From assembly GCA_963695555.1 (NCBI GenBank), contig CAVOGR010000001.1, positions 320,001-384,000 on the forward strand: 64,000 nucleotides of DNA. Direction: 5' to 3'. Each line of letters begins with the position of its first letter. The first letter of the stretch is position 1. Made by a program: the position numbers and the translations under genes. This DNA comes from an uncultured Gemmatimonadales bacterium. Its GTDB lineage: Bacteria; Gemmatimonadota; Gemmatimonadetes; Gemmatimonadales; GWC2-71-9. The notes below the pieces were generated by a model, which was not told where the DNA came from, searched no databases, and was given only the letters and a program-made list of their open reading frames with translations. This document shows positions 19,249-28,888 of this stretch, in pieces.

Positions 19249-19271
19249 GAGGCCCCTCGAACGGGGGCCTC
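19249..19271 (-). terminator. Intrinsic terminator of the minus-strand small ORF
   Basis: GAGGCCCC...GGGGCCTC stem, followed on the minus strand by TGTCGTTTTCT. Confidence 0.6.
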
Positions 19272-19298
19272 GTGGCGTTCGAACGGGGGGTCCCGTCG

Positions 19299-19469
19299 CT
19301 ACGGGTGGCGCGCCACCGGCACCCGCTCGTGCCAATGATCCCCCGCCGCCCCATCCTCATCCCAAGCCCAGAGGAAGGCCCACGAGCGAATGGGTCGCGC
19401 CGCGCCCTGGCGCAGGCGGACAATGATTCCGACGGGCTCATCGAGAACGGGAAGGGGAACACTCGTCAC
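19299..19469 (-). CDS. 56-aa small hypothetical protein (Trp-rich C-terminal half)
   Basis: GTG start with AAGAGG RBS: MTSVPLPVLDEPVGIIVRLRQGAARPIRSWAFLWAWDEDGAAGDHWHERVPVARHP. Flanked by a sigma54 motif and a terminator. Confidence 0.5.
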   Translation of the reverse strand: MTSVPLPVLDEPVGIIVRLRQGAARPIRSWAFLWAWDEDGAAGDHWHERVPVARHP

Positions 19470-19543
19470 GGCAACCTCTTAGGCGGAAATCTCAAGGGCA
19501 ACCAGGTCCAGCGGGGAACACCCGGCTCTTCCTATATAAGGAA

Positions 19544-19559
19544 CGCAGAAGGCATGCCG
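19544..19559 (-). promoter_or_regulatory. sigma54 promoter of the 56-aa ORF
   Basis: Minus strand CGGCATGCCTTCTGCG, GG-N10-GC. Confidence 0.55.
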
Positions 19560-19575
19560 TAGCGTTGGTATTGTC

Positions 19576-19600
19576 TAAATTATTTAGTAGCAACAACTTA
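19576..19600. promoter_or_regulatory. AT-rich TAA-N19-TTA element, copy 4 (IHF-like)
   Basis: TAAATTATTTAGTAGCAACAACTTA contains TAGCAA-CAAC-TTA, one mismatch from the IHF consensus WATCAR-N4-TTR. Confidence 0.5.
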
Positions 19601-19627
19601 GATGGGCACACTCCAACTGGGAGTGTG

Positions 19628-20479
19628 TTAGATCGACACAGACGCGTCCTCGTCGTGTGTGTCTGATTGACGCAGCGGCTTCTGGAGTATCAGGCTCCCG
19701 GTCCGCCGGCCGGCCGGGTGGGTTCGATGGGCATGCCAGCCCTCGTAGTTCCCGCGCAAGGCCTGGGGCGAGAGGCCTGTCTTCGAGCCGATCAGTACGT
19801 GGACGCCGTTGGTGTTGGTCCGGTTCTGCAGCTCGCCAATGAGCTCTGCCCGGGTCGGCGGGCCCACCTCCTCGAGTCCGCTGGTGTCGATGGCCACCAC
19901 ATTCAGCCCCTTGGTCTCAGGAAGCCACGCGCCAAGCTGGACGACGAAGGTAACCAGCGAGCCGGTCAGGGACTCGCCGACGGCTCGGTTTTCGACCCGC
20001 TCGACACTGGCCAAATCGAGGGCGAGAAAGGTGACGGCCACCTCGTGGGCGGCCAGCAAGAAGGTGAGCGGCTCGGTCACGGCGCCGATGAGCAGGGCGG
20101 TGTCGCCGGGTTCCAGCCGCGGCAGCAGAGATGTCACCGGATCGGCGGGGTCGATGCCCCAGTGAGTCGGCTCCCGCTGAGCCTCCCGGAGCGCCACGTA
20201 GTGGCGGCGCCACTTGGGGTAGCTAGGAAGTGAGAGTCGCTTGATGATCATGCGGTCCACCGAGTCCAGCAGCAGCACCTCGGTGAGGACGAACTGTCCC
20301 TCGGCCCCGGCGGCCAGCTCGGCGACAGCCTCATCCCCCAGGCGCAGGAGCTCCGTCCTGGTGAAGGAGTCCTTGTAGGCCTCGACTCGCTCCAGGATGT
20401 ACTCCTGGTACAGCTGCTTGAGCGAAGGGCTGTGGCGCCGTCGCTGGCGGCGCTGCTGGGCCTGGACCAGGGTCAGCAT
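19628..20479 (-). CDS. Hypothetical protein with a degenerate class I SAM-methyltransferase-like C-terminal fold
   Basis: PGDTALLIGA...VAVTFLALD...TNTNGVHVLI gives a Rossmann-like pattern without the glycine-rich motif I. Overlaps the CDF gene. Confidence 0.6.
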   Translation of the reverse strand: MLTLVQAQQRRQRRRHSPSLKQLYQEYILERVEAYKDSFTRTELLRLGDEAVAELAAGAEGQFVLTEVLLLDSVDRMIIKRLSLPSYPKWRRHYVALREAQREPTHWGIDPADPVTSLLPRLEPGDTALLIGAVTEPLTFLLAAHEVAVTFLALDLASVERVENRAVGESLTGSLVTFVVQLGAWLPETKGLNVVAIDTSGLEEVGPPTRAELIGELQNRTNTNGVHVLIGSKTGLSPQALRGNYEGWHAHRTHPAGRRTGSLILQKPLRQSDTHDEDASVSI

Positions 20480-21342
20480 GGCTCGACGTGCACCAGGATC
20501 TCGTGTAGGTCCAAGGTGGTGCGGAGCCGCTGCTCCACCACATCGGCGATCTCGTGCGCCGTCGCGACACTCTCCGACCCATCCACCGTGATCGTGAGCT
20601 CGGCAAATCGCTTGGCCGCCGCGACTCTCGAGCGAATGTCGTACGCATCACGCACTCCGGGAATCTGTGTCGCCGCGCGGCGAATCGCCGCTCCATCCAC
20701 CGCGGCCTGGTCGACCAGGCTCGGAATCACGCGTCCCACGACTTGGACTCCGATTCGCACGACCATCGCCGAGACCACGATGGCCAAAACCGGATCCGCC
20801 CAGGTCAGGCCGAGGGTGGCAAGGGCCAACCCGATGATCACCGCGATGGTGATGAACACGTCGGCCCGGGTATGCGCCGCGTCCGCGAGCAGGATCTCGC
20901 TCTGGAGCCGCTGCCCCGCACGGGTCTCGTACCACACGACCCCGATGTTGACCAGCAGGGTCGCGACGAGTAAGCCCGCCATCAGCGGGGACAGGACCGG
21001 CGCTGAGGTGCCCTGCCACAACCGCGTAATGGCACCTTGGAGCAGCTCGAAGAGGGTGACCGAGAGGAAGACCACGACGATGAGGGCTCCCAGCGTTTCG
21101 AACTTGCCGTGTCCGTACGGGTGATCGTCGTCCGGCGCCTTGGCGGCGAAGCGAACGACGATCATGCCAAAGAGGTTGTTCACGGCATCTACCGAGGAGT
21201 GAACGGCGTCTCCGAAGACGGCGAGCGAGTTTGCCGAGAGTCCTACTGAGATTTTGATGACAACGACCGCCAGATTGGCAAGCAGAATCCCACCGAGTAC
21301 CCGGCGGACCTGCCGAGCGCGAGCGGCCTCACCGATACTCAT
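20473..21342 (-). CDS. Cation diffusion facilitator transporter (FieF-like)
   Basis: DAVHSSVD, DDDHPYGHGKFE, ADAAHTRAD, C-terminal VHVEP. Confidence 0.93.
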   Translation of the reverse strand: MSIGEAARARQVRRVLGGILLANLAVVVIKISVGLSANSLAVFGDAVHSSVDAVNNLFGMIVVRFAAKAPDDDHPYGHGKFETLGALIVVVFLSVTLFELLQGAITRLWQGTSAPVLSPLMAGLLVATLLVNIGVVWYETRAGQRLQSEILLADAAHTRADVFITIAVIIGLALATLGLTWADPVLAIVVSAMVVRIGVQVVGRVIPSLVDQAAVDGAAIRRAATQIPGVRDAYDIRSRVAAAKRFAELTITVDGSESVATAHEIADVVEQRLRTTLDLHEILVHVEPC

Positions 21343-21530
21343 GGTGCAAACTGATACAGGCCCGACAGGCTGTCAACGGGACTGCGAGCCGGCGCGCGAT
21401 CCCCAGCTGGCACGCACTGAGTGTCTGTTGCCCCCACCTGGGCCTCGGAGCATGTTAGGTTGCCTGCACGTTAATCGGATGGCTTGCCTGTTCAAAGCAC
21501 AAGAGACCGAACTCCGGTTGGATTGGCAAT

Positions 21531-22868
21531 ATGAAAGGTGCTCCGTGCTGGCCGCTGCTTGTTTGGGTGCTCGTTGTTCCTGGCTCACTCGAGGCGCAGG
21601 AACCGGCCGCCGTGCCTGACCGGGTCGAAGTCGCCCGATCGGTCGTTCAAGCGCTCGCCGACCGGGACTTCACGGCCGTTGTCGAGCGATTCGACTCCAC
21701 CATGCGTCAAGCAATGTCCCGAGCGCAGTTGGCCGAGAGCTGGGATGCCCTGCTCGGCCAGGTCGGCGCGTTCGACGCCCAGGGCGAGGCAACCTCGGAC
21801 CGCGTGCAGGGCTTCGACCGGGTCACGGTTGCCGCGACATTCGCCCGAGGTTCGATCGACCTCCGGGTGGTCTTCAACCGGGCCGGCCAAGTATCCGGAC
21901 TCTGGTTCACCCCGCACACACCCGCCCCATCATCCTCGCCGCCCCCATACGCCGACACGGGGGCGTTCCGCGAGGTCGCCGTGACCGTAGGGCAGGGCGA
22001 CCTCATCCTCCCGGGCACGCTGTCGCTGCCGACATCCGCTGGCGGACATCCGGCCGTGGTGCTCGTTCACGGCTCAGGTCCGCACGACCGCAACGAGACC
22101 ATTGGCCCCAACCAGCCGTTCAGGGATCTCGCATGGGGATTAGCCTCCCGCGGTATTGCCGTACTTCGCTACGAGAAACGCACCAGGATGTATGCGTCCC
22201 GGATTGCGGCGGCTCCGAACGGCTTCACCCTCCGAGAGGAAAGTGAGGATGATGCGCTCGCGGCCGTTACCCTGCTCCGGACGACACCGGGAATCGATAG
22301 CTCCCGCATCTTCGTGCTCGGCCACAGTCTCGGTGGCATGCTCGCTCCCAGGATTGCAACACGGGATCCCGGCATTGCCGGGGTGATCATCCTGGCCGGC
22401 TCAACCCGCCCGCTCGACGAGATCTTGCTGGCCCAGATCGACTACATCGCGAGGCTGGACGACTCGGTTTCCAGCGAGGAAGAGCAGCGCATTATCGCTA
22501 TCCGAGAGGGTCTCGCGGCCGTCGCGGAACTGACCGCCGCCGACACGTCGTCGCCGACCTTGCTGCTCGGCGCCCCGCCGAGTTATTGGCTCGACCTCCG
22601 AGCATACCACCCTACCGAAACGGCGCGAACTCTTGCCAAGCCAATGCTCGTCCTGCAGGGCGGCCGAGACTACCAGGTCACCATGGACGATTTGCAGGGA
22701 TGGGAGACGGCGTTGTCCGGTCGCAGTGACGTCCGGTTCAGGGTGTTTCCGGACCTGAATCACCTCTTCATCACCGGACAGGGCAGGCCGACTCCCACCG
22801 AGTACCAGATCCCGGGCCATGTGGCCCACGAGGTCATCGAGGAAATCGCGGCCTGGATCCATCCGTGA
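21531..22868 (+). CDS. Secreted alpha/beta hydrolase with N-terminal DUF3887-like domain
   Basis: Signal peptide; HGSGPHDRNE, GHSLGG nucleophile elbow, QGGRDYQV, LNHLF. Confidence 0.9.
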   Translation: MKGAPCWPLLVWVLVVPGSLEAQEPAAVPDRVEVARSVVQALADRDFTAVVERFDSTMRQAMSRAQLAESWDALLGQVGAFDAQGEATSDRVQGFDRVTVAATFARGSIDLRVVFNRAGQVSGLWFTPHTPAPSSSPPPYADTGAFREVAVTVGQGDLILPGTLSLPTSAGGHPAVVLVHGSGPHDRNETIGPNQPFRDLAWGLASRGIAVLRYEKRTRMYASRIAAAPNGFTLREESEDDALAAVTLLRTTPGIDSSRIFVLGHSLGGMLAPRIATRDPGIAGVIILAGSTRPLDEILLAQIDYIARLDDSVSSEEEQRIIAIREGLAAVAELTAADTSSPTLLLGAPPSYWLDLRAYHPTETARTLAKPMLVLQGGRDYQVTMDDLQGWETALSGRSDVRFRVFPDLNHLFITGQGRPTPTEYQIPGHVAHEVIEEIAAWIHP

Positions 22869-23500
22869 GCGGTGTGCCACCGCGTCTGGCCGACGCGCTT
22901 CGCCTGATGCTCGTGACCGATGACCGATTGCTCGGAGACCGCGACCTGGCCATGATCTGCCGCGCCGCAGAGGCGGGGGGCGTAACCAGCATCCAGGTCC
23001 GGTTGAAGCTCCTGGAATCCCGCCACATGCTGGCGCAGGTGCGTGCCGTGATGAACGCGGTTCGGATCCCTGTCTTCGTGAATGACCGGCTCGATGTAGC
23101 CATGGCCGCCGGGGCCGCCGGCGTCCACCTTGGTCCGGGCGATCTTCCCGTGTCTTTGGCGTGTCGGATAGTGCAGGTGGGATTCTGGATTGGTGCGTCG
23201 GTGGGCACGGAGGTCGAGGTACCGGGTGGAGCGGCGGCCGACTACTGGGGCATCGGACCTGTGCGGAGAACGTCCACAAAGTCCGATGCCGGCGGCGCGA
23301 TCGGTGTCTCGGGATTCGAGCGTCTCTGCCGGTCGAGCAGTCCACACCAACCCTGTGTGGCCATCGGAGGGATTCGGCCCGAGGATATGGCTCCTTTGCT
23401 CGAAGCCGGCGCCGCGGGCATCGCCGTTGGGTCGGGCATTCTCGCGTCCGACGATGTCCAAGCCGCCGCAGCCAGGTACCGCGGCGCACTCCCCTCCTGA
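22865..23500 (+). CDS. thiE: Thiamine-phosphate synthase
   Basis: IQVRLK, VNDRLDVA, GVHLG, TSTK and AIGGI motifs. Confidence 0.88.
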   Translation: MSGVPPRLADALRLMLVTDDRLLGDRDLAMICRAAEAGGVTSIQVRLKLLESRHMLAQVRAVMNAVRIPVFVNDRLDVAMAAGAAGVHLGPGDLPVSLACRIVQVGFWIGASVGTEVEVPGGAAADYWGIGPVRRTSTKSDAGGAIGVSGFERLCRSSSPHQPCVAIGGIRPEDMAPLLEAGAAGIAVGSGILASDDVQAAAARYRGALPS

Positions 23501-23513
23501 ACCACCCCGTGTG

Positions 23514-24524
23514 CTAAGGCGCCCTCTCGTCGGCGCCCCCTCGGATCCGGGCGATGGCAGCAAGATGCTGGCGGTAGGTCCGGCTGAAGACGTGGCTTCC
23601 GTCGCCACGCGCGACGAAGAAGTAGTAGGGAACCGATGCTGGGTAGAGCGTGGCTTCCAGGCTCCCGAGGCTCGGCGAAGCGATGGGTCCGGGGGGGAGG
23701 CCCTCATGGAGGTAGGTGTTGTAGGGGGAAGGGAACTGGTAGTCCCGGAGTAGCAGGCGGGGCTTGCGCTCCCCCGTCGCGAGCTGAATGGCGTACTGGA
23801 CCGTCGGGTCGGCTTGAAGACGCATGCCGCGCCGCAAGCGGTTGTGATACGCGGCAGACACCAGCGGGCCCTCGCCTCGTTTGACGACCTCACCCTGGAC
23901 AATCGATGCGAGAATCACCACATCGTGTCGCGTCATCCGCATCGTGTCGAGACGCGCGTTCCACGCCGGCTGCCAGGTCGTGAGGAAGTTGTCGGCCATG
24001 ACCCGGACCACCTGCCTCGCCGTCGATCCGGCCGCGACGGTGTACGTTTCGGGGAAGAGGTAGCCCTCGAAGGAGCCGCCCTCCAGGCCCAGGGCGCGGA
24101 GCAGGGAAGTGTCGCGAGCGGCCGCCGTGAACGAGTCGGTCGGGATATCCAACATTGCCGCCGCCAGCTCTGCCACGTCGGGAATGGTGAGGCCTTCCGG
24201 CACGGTGAACCGCACCAGAACCACGCGCCCCTCCGCCAGCGTGTTGAGCACCTGGGTCGAGGAGCTGGCTCGCGGGAATTCATAGACCCCCGCCTGGATC
24301 GTCCGGTCCATGCGGCGCGCCCGGGCCAAGAGCTTGAACCAGGTTGGGTATTTTACGATTCCGTGGGCGACGAGCGAGTCCGTGATCGTCGCGAAGCTCG
24401 CCCCGGCCGGGATGACCACCCGTTCGAGCGCTGCAGGATGCATCGACTCCTGGCCGCAGGCCATGGCGACGATTGCCGCAAGCAACCCAGCCCGCGCCGT
24501 GCGGGCCCAGTCTCGCGGTCTCAT
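23514..24524 (-). CDS. mltG: Endolytic transglycosylase MltG
   Basis: TVPEG, EGYLFPETY, LASIVQGE, LQADPTVQY, SPYNTY...GLPPGPI motifs. Confidence 0.93.
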   Translation of the reverse strand: MRPRDWARTARAGLLAAIVAMACGQESMHPAALERVVIPAGASFATITDSLVAHGIVKYPTWFKLLARARRMDRTIQAGVYEFPRASSSTQVLNTLAEGRVVLVRFTVPEGLTIPDVAELAAAMLDIPTDSFTAAARDTSLLRALGLEGGSFEGYLFPETYTVAAGSTARQVVRVMADNFLTTWQPAWNARLDTMRMTRHDVVILASIVQGEVVKRGEGPLVSAAYHNRLRRGMRLQADPTVQYAIQLATGERKPRLLLRDYQFPSPYNTYLHEGLPPGPIASPSLGSLEATLYPASVPYYFFVARGDGSHVFSRTYRQHLAAIARIRGGADERAP

Positions 24525-24964
24525 TGGGCCGCTCCGCGGCTTGCGAGGAAGTGCTGCAGCAGGACGGCCGCGGCCAGGGCATCGACGTCGCCGCGGCGGC
24601 CGCGGATTTTGCCCCCCTGCTCTCGGATGGCTCCCAGGGCCCGTGCCGTGCTCATGCGCTCGTCCCAGAAGGCGACGGGAAGAGAGGTCAACTCGCCGAG
24701 CTTCCGTCCCAGCTCCCGGATCGCTTGGGTCGTGTCGGTCTCCGTCCCTTCCGACGACAGCGGGAGGCCAAGGAGTACCCCGAGTGGCCGGTGCGTTTCG
24801 ATCAGGTCGATCAGGCGCTTGAGGGGGAACCGCTTCCCGGTGCGACGGGTCAGCGTGGTCAGCGGCGAGGCGAGCGTTTGCAACTCGTCCGTGAGCGCGA
24901 GGCCGATGCGCTGCGTTCCCCAATCGATGGCGAGTAGGCGGCCGTGCGTCGGGAGATCGGTCAC
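24521..24964 (-). CDS. ruvX: RuvX/YqgF pre-16S rRNA nuclease
   Basis: LLAIDWGTQRIGLA, GLP, DERMST, VDALAA; conserved ruvX-mltG order. Confidence 0.93.
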   Translation of the reverse strand: MTDLPTHGRLLAIDWGTQRIGLALTDELQTLASPLTTLTRRTGKRFPLKRLIDLIETHRPLGVLLGLPLSSEGTETDTTQAIRELGRKLGELTSLPVAFWDERMSTARALGAIREQGGKIRGRRGDVDALAAAVLLQHFLASRGAAQ

Positions 24965-25006
24965 GGTGTGCTGTGGTGGGCCCGGAGGACGGCCGGTGCC
25001 GGCGCC

Positions 25007-26254
25007 CTATTGGGCCATGGTGGCGAAGAACTCTTTGTTTGTCTTGGTGCGTTTCAACCGCTCCAGCAGGAACTCGAGGGCCTCGACCGGGGGCATGTCC
25101 GCCAGGAAGTTCCGCAGTAAGTAGATCCGGTTCAACTCGTCCTTGTCCATCAGCAGTTCTTCCTTCCGGGTCGACGTCCGCTGGATATCGATAGCGGGAT
25201 AGATACGCCGGTCGGCCAGGCGGCGATCCAGGACGAGTTCCATATTGCCGGTTCCCTTGAATTCCTCGAAGATCACCTCATCCATGCGGCTCCCGGTATC
25301 GATCAGCGCCGTTGCGATGATCGTCAGGCTGCCGCCGCCGTCGATGTTTCGCGCGGCGCCGAAGAATCGCTTGGGCTTCTGCAGCGCGTTCGCGTCGACA
25401 CCGCCCGACAGGATCTTTCCCGAATGGGGAACGACCACGTTATGGGCGCGCGCCAACCGGGTGATGGAATCGAGCAGGATCACCACATCCCGCCCATGCT
25501 CCACTAGCCGCTTCGCCTTCTCAATCACCATGTCGGCAACCTGGACGTGACGGTCAGCCGGTTCATCGAACGTCGAGGCGATGACCTCGGCCTTGACGTT
25601 CTCCTCCATGTCCGTCACTTCCTCCGGACGCTCATCGATCAGGAGCACGATCAGCACGATCTCCGGGTGGTTCGCAGAGATGGCATTGGCCAGCTTCTGG
25701 AGCAGGATGGTCTTGCCCGCTTTGGGCGGAGCCACGATGAGGCCGCGCTGGCCATTGCCGATCGGCGACAACAAATCGACGATCCGCATCGACAGGTCCG
25801 GTTCGGGCGTCTCCAGCCGAATCCGTTTGTCCGGGTACCGTGGGCGTAGGTTATCGAACGCAATGCGCTGCTTGGTTAATTCAGGGTCCTCGAAGTTGAC
25901 CTTCTCGACCTTGAGGAGGGCGAGATAGCGCTCCCCCTCCTTGGGCGGACGCACCTGGCCCATGACCGTATCGCCGGTTCGCAGGTCGAATCGTTTGATT
26001 TGGCTTGGCGAGACGTAGATGTCGTCCGGACCGTACAGGTAGTTCCAGTCAGGGCTGCGGAGAAACCCGTAGCCTTCCGGGAGGATTTCGAGCACACCCT
26101 CCCCCCGAATGACGGTGTCCTCCTCAAGCAACGTCTGCTCGATTTGGAAGATGAGGTCTTGTTTGCGGAGGCCCGAGAAGTTGGTGAGATTCAACTGCCG
26201 TGCCAGCGCATGCAGCTCCGAAACGGATTTCTGCTTGAGCTCAGCAATGTCCAC
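25007..26254 (-). CDS. rho: Transcription termination factor Rho
   Basis: [52 protein letters not shown] motifs. Confidence 0.98.
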   Translation of the reverse strand: MDIAELKQKSVSELHALARQLNLTNFSGLRKQDLIFQIEQTLLEEDTVIRGEGVLEILPEGYGFLRSPDWNYLYGPDDIYVSPSQIKRFDLRTGDTVMGQVRPPKEGERYLALLKVEKVNFEDPELTKQRIAFDNLRPRYPDKRIRLETPEPDLSMRIVDLLSPIGNGQRGLIVAPPKAGKTILLQKLANAISANHPEIVLIVLLIDERPEEVTDMEENVKAEVIASTFDEPADRHVQVADMVIEKAKRLVEHGRDVVILLDSITRLARAHNVVVPHSGKILSGGVDANALQKPKRFFGAARNIDGGGSLTIIATALIDTGSRMDEVIFEEFKGTGNMELVLDRRLADRRIYPAIDIQRTSTRKEELLMDKDELNRIYLLRNFLADMPPVEALEFLLERLKRTKTNKEFFATMAQ

Positions 26255-26429
26255 GCGACATACTCCATGAATGCAGCCGCGCTGATCGTCTCAGCGGATG
26301 CGAAGGAAAGGGATGAGAAAGCGCCGGATAAGGTTCAGTCGGTTGTATGCTGTATGGCGACGGGTCCGGCGGAGTGCCGGGTCGGATCGGGTACCGTTGT
26401 CGGGGAGTGCGTGAGGATTGAGGCTTTTC

Positions 26430-26458
26430 AAGGTACCGGAGAGTTGGGGAGCCGTCAA
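26430..26458 (-). promoter_or_regulatory. sigma70-type promoter of rho
   Basis: Minus strand TTGACG-N17-TACCTT. Confidence 0.6.
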
Positions 26459-26515
26459 GCAAGCTGCCCGTACCCGGGGGCCTGGCGGGCCAGGCGGTGC
26501 TCCCTAAATATTGCG

Positions 26516-26540
26516 TAAGTTCCTTTCCCTATTATCTTTG
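26516..26540. promoter_or_regulatory. TAA-N19-TTG element, copy 5
   Basis: TAAGTTCCTTTCCCTATTATCTTTG. Confidence 0.35.
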
Positions 26541-26609
26541 CAGAAACCAACCGCTGGCCAGGCGTGGGTCGCTCTCGGCGCGAGCCGGCGTGGCCCCGGA
26601 GGGACGTCG

Positions 26610-26894
26610 ATGACCGCTCCATCGCTTCGCTCGCTTCCCAGGGAATCGCACGACCCGGTTGTCTTCCAGCTGCCCCCCATCCGCTATGATGGTCAAACCA
26701 TCCACCTCCACCTCTCCATCCGGCGCTCGGACGACGGCACCTGGCGAGGCAGAATGCGGTTCTTCCGCGATGAAGTGAGCCCTCCGCGTGAAACGGCGGA
26801 GATCTTTCGCGGCGCGTCGGAGCAGGAGATGTGGGAGTCCGTCAACCACCTTCGCGAGCACCACCTGCGCGATCTGTTCCGCTCGCTCGGCTGA
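26610..26894 (+). CDS. Hypothetical protein (94 aa)
   Basis: GGAGGG RBS before ATG; protein-like composition (DDGTWRGRMRFF...RETAEIFRG). Confidence 0.7.
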   Translation: MTAPSLRSLPRESHDPVVFQLPPIRYDGQTIHLHLSIRRSDDGTWRGRMRFFRDEVSPPRETAEIFRGASEQEMWESVNHLREHHLRDLFRSLG

Positions 26895-26916
26895 CACGGG
26901 CCGCACTCGGCCACCA

Positions 26917-28761
26917 TTACGCACCTCTGGCTGAAGCCGAATCTCCACGAAGCACGATCGATCCGTCTCGGCGCCCGTACACGGTATCCTTGAGTTCCCT
27001 GAGGTACCGTGCGCCGTTCGCGAGGTAGGCCACGAGGAGAAGGAGGCTTGCTCCGCTCACCCCAAGTCGAAGTCCCAGGCCCCACCCGCCGGCCGAAATG
27101 AACCCCTCGATTGCGCCCGCCACGAGAAGCAGCACCGTGGCAGCTCCGACCATGCGCACCGCCAGGCGGCCATTGAGCACCAAGGCCTCGCTCCGGCTCA
27201 CCCGTCCTGGTGCCACCAGCGACTTCCCGAGCAGGAACCCCGCAGCCCCCGCAACCCAGATGGCGAACAGCTCCAATACGCCGTGGCCCACGATGAATTC
27301 GATGAGGTAGCCCAGCAGGCCGACATTGGCGAAGTGCCCGCTTATCGTCCCGATCGCGAGACCATTGAACGCGAGAAGCACCAGCGATCCCACGCCCAGG
27401 AAGACACCACCGGCGAAGCACATGAAGGCGATGCGGACATTGTTGCTGATAATGAACGTGGCAACGTAGGGACGGACCCGCGGATCGGCCTCGAAGTACT
27501 TGGCACCCTCCTGCGCCCGACCGGCTCCCGCTTCGGCCCGCTGGAGGATCTGATCCGGCAGGAGTTGGACCGCCAAGTCCGGGCGCTCGCGTATGAACGT
27601 GTAGCCGGCCGCCGCGGGGACGGTGAACAACAGGAAACCGGCCAGTACATAGCGCCAGGCATGCACCACGCTGGCCGGGCATTCGCGAGCGAAGACCGTC
27701 CACACGCGGCGCAGGGTCTTGCGCTCGTCGCGGTACAGCAAATTGTGACCGGCGCTGACGGACCGCTCCAGGCCGCCGATCACCGCGGGCGAGGCTCCAT
27801 AGGTGCGCGCGCGCGCAAGGTCGGCGGCCATCTCGCGATATCGCGCGGCGAACTCCAGGAGTGTATTGGCGTCGAAGCCGTTCAACCCGTCCCGCCGGGC
27901 CACGGCGAGCTGCGCGTCGAACTCGGCCCATCGCTCCCGTTTCCGGGCTGCGAATTGTTCCCCAACAGCTCCGCGCGACCGGACCGCGCCGCGGCTGGCC
28001 AATCGCCCGCGCCGGCGGGCAAGCTCTTGGGTAAAGAGGGTTTGGAGCGCCGCCTGCCCGCCGGACGCGACCTCGGGTGCTCGATCCGAGAGCCGCGCGG
28101 CCAGTTGTCCGGCCAACCTGGCGCGCACGCCGGCCTCCAGGCCGGTGGCCCGGTCGAGAAAGTGGCGGAGGAGGACGAACTCTTCATCGCTGAGTTCCGG
28201 AGCCCCCAGGTCGGCGCCGGCCTCGGCGGATGGGGCAAGCGCGTCCGCCGGTTTTGCCTCATACGGGCGATCCCGCACCACGATACTGCCGGCAACGAGA
28301 TCGCCGAGTCGCTTCCCTTGCGGGTGAAACGCGACGAAGAGGGCGCCGACCAGATAGGATGGGGGCGGGAACAGGTCCGCGATGCGGAGCAGGTTCCGCA
28401 CCACGGCCCCGCCGACCGAAAGCGGATGGCCGGTGCCTTGCACGACCCGGATCCCGACGAAGCGCTTTCCCGGTGTTTGCCCGCGGCCGAATCCTTCGTA
28501 GGCGATGAAATACCCAAACGTAGACCCAAACAGAATGAGAACGGTCAAGGCTCCTAACCATGTGCCGCCGCCCGTCATCGACCCGATCAAGTTCGAGAGC
28601 AGCACGACCGCGATGATCCAGACGAGCACAATGAACGAGTCGATGAGTGCCGCCAGCGCACGCGAGCCGAGTCCCGCGACCTCGAGATCGAGGACGACGT
28701 TTTCGGGGGTCTCGACTCGGACGCGCCGCCGGAGGTCCCGGGCGCCCGATTGATTGGCCAT
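26917..28761 (-). CDS. RDD domain fused to SpoIIM (DUF95)-like membrane domain
   Basis: RDD motifs ETPENV, AGLGSRALAALID, GQTPGKR, KRLGDLVAGS. SpoIIM motifs YREMAADLARART, NNVRIAF, HGVLEL, AGAIEGFIS. Confidence 0.9.
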   Translation of the reverse strand: MANQSGARDLRRRVRVETPENVVLDLEVAGLGSRALAALIDSFIVLVWIIAVVLLSNLIGSMTGGGTWLGALTVLILFGSTFGYFIAYEGFGRGQTPGKRFVGIRVVQGTGHPLSVGGAVVRNLLRIADLFPPPSYLVGALFVAFHPQGKRLGDLVAGSIVVRDRPYEAKPADALAPSAEAGADLGAPELSDEEFVLLRHFLDRATGLEAGVRARLAGQLAARLSDRAPEVASGGQAALQTLFTQELARRRGRLASRGAVRSRGAVGEQFAARKRERWAEFDAQLAVARRDGLNGFDANTLLEFAARYREMAADLARARTYGASPAVIGGLERSVSAGHNLLYRDERKTLRRVWTVFARECPASVVHAWRYVLAGFLLFTVPAAAGYTFIRERPDLAVQLLPDQILQRAEAGAGRAQEGAKYFEADPRVRPYVATFIISNNVRIAFMCFAGGVFLGVGSLVLLAFNGLAIGTISGHFANVGLLGYLIEFIVGHGVLELFAIWVAGAAGFLLGKSLVAPGRVSRSEALVLNGRLAVRMVGAATVLLLVAGAIEGFISAGGWGLGLRLGVSGASLLLLVAYLANGARYLRELKDTVYGRRDGSIVLRGDSASARGA

Positions 28762-28888
28762 GTTCGATTCTAGCTCTGCGGTGCGGCTGGGAGCAATCTC
28801 ACGAGTGCCCTCGCGGTTCGATCGACGCCGTGACATCTTGCGGGACGACTCCACGGCTTCTTTCCCAGGATCCGGAGCAGTGCCTTCC

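Noticed and set aside
18898..19562. ORF-track entries 18898-19335, 19010-19462 and 19029-19562
   Set aside because: They are alternative-frame or antisense readings across the 36-aa gene and its hairpins, with no RBS support.
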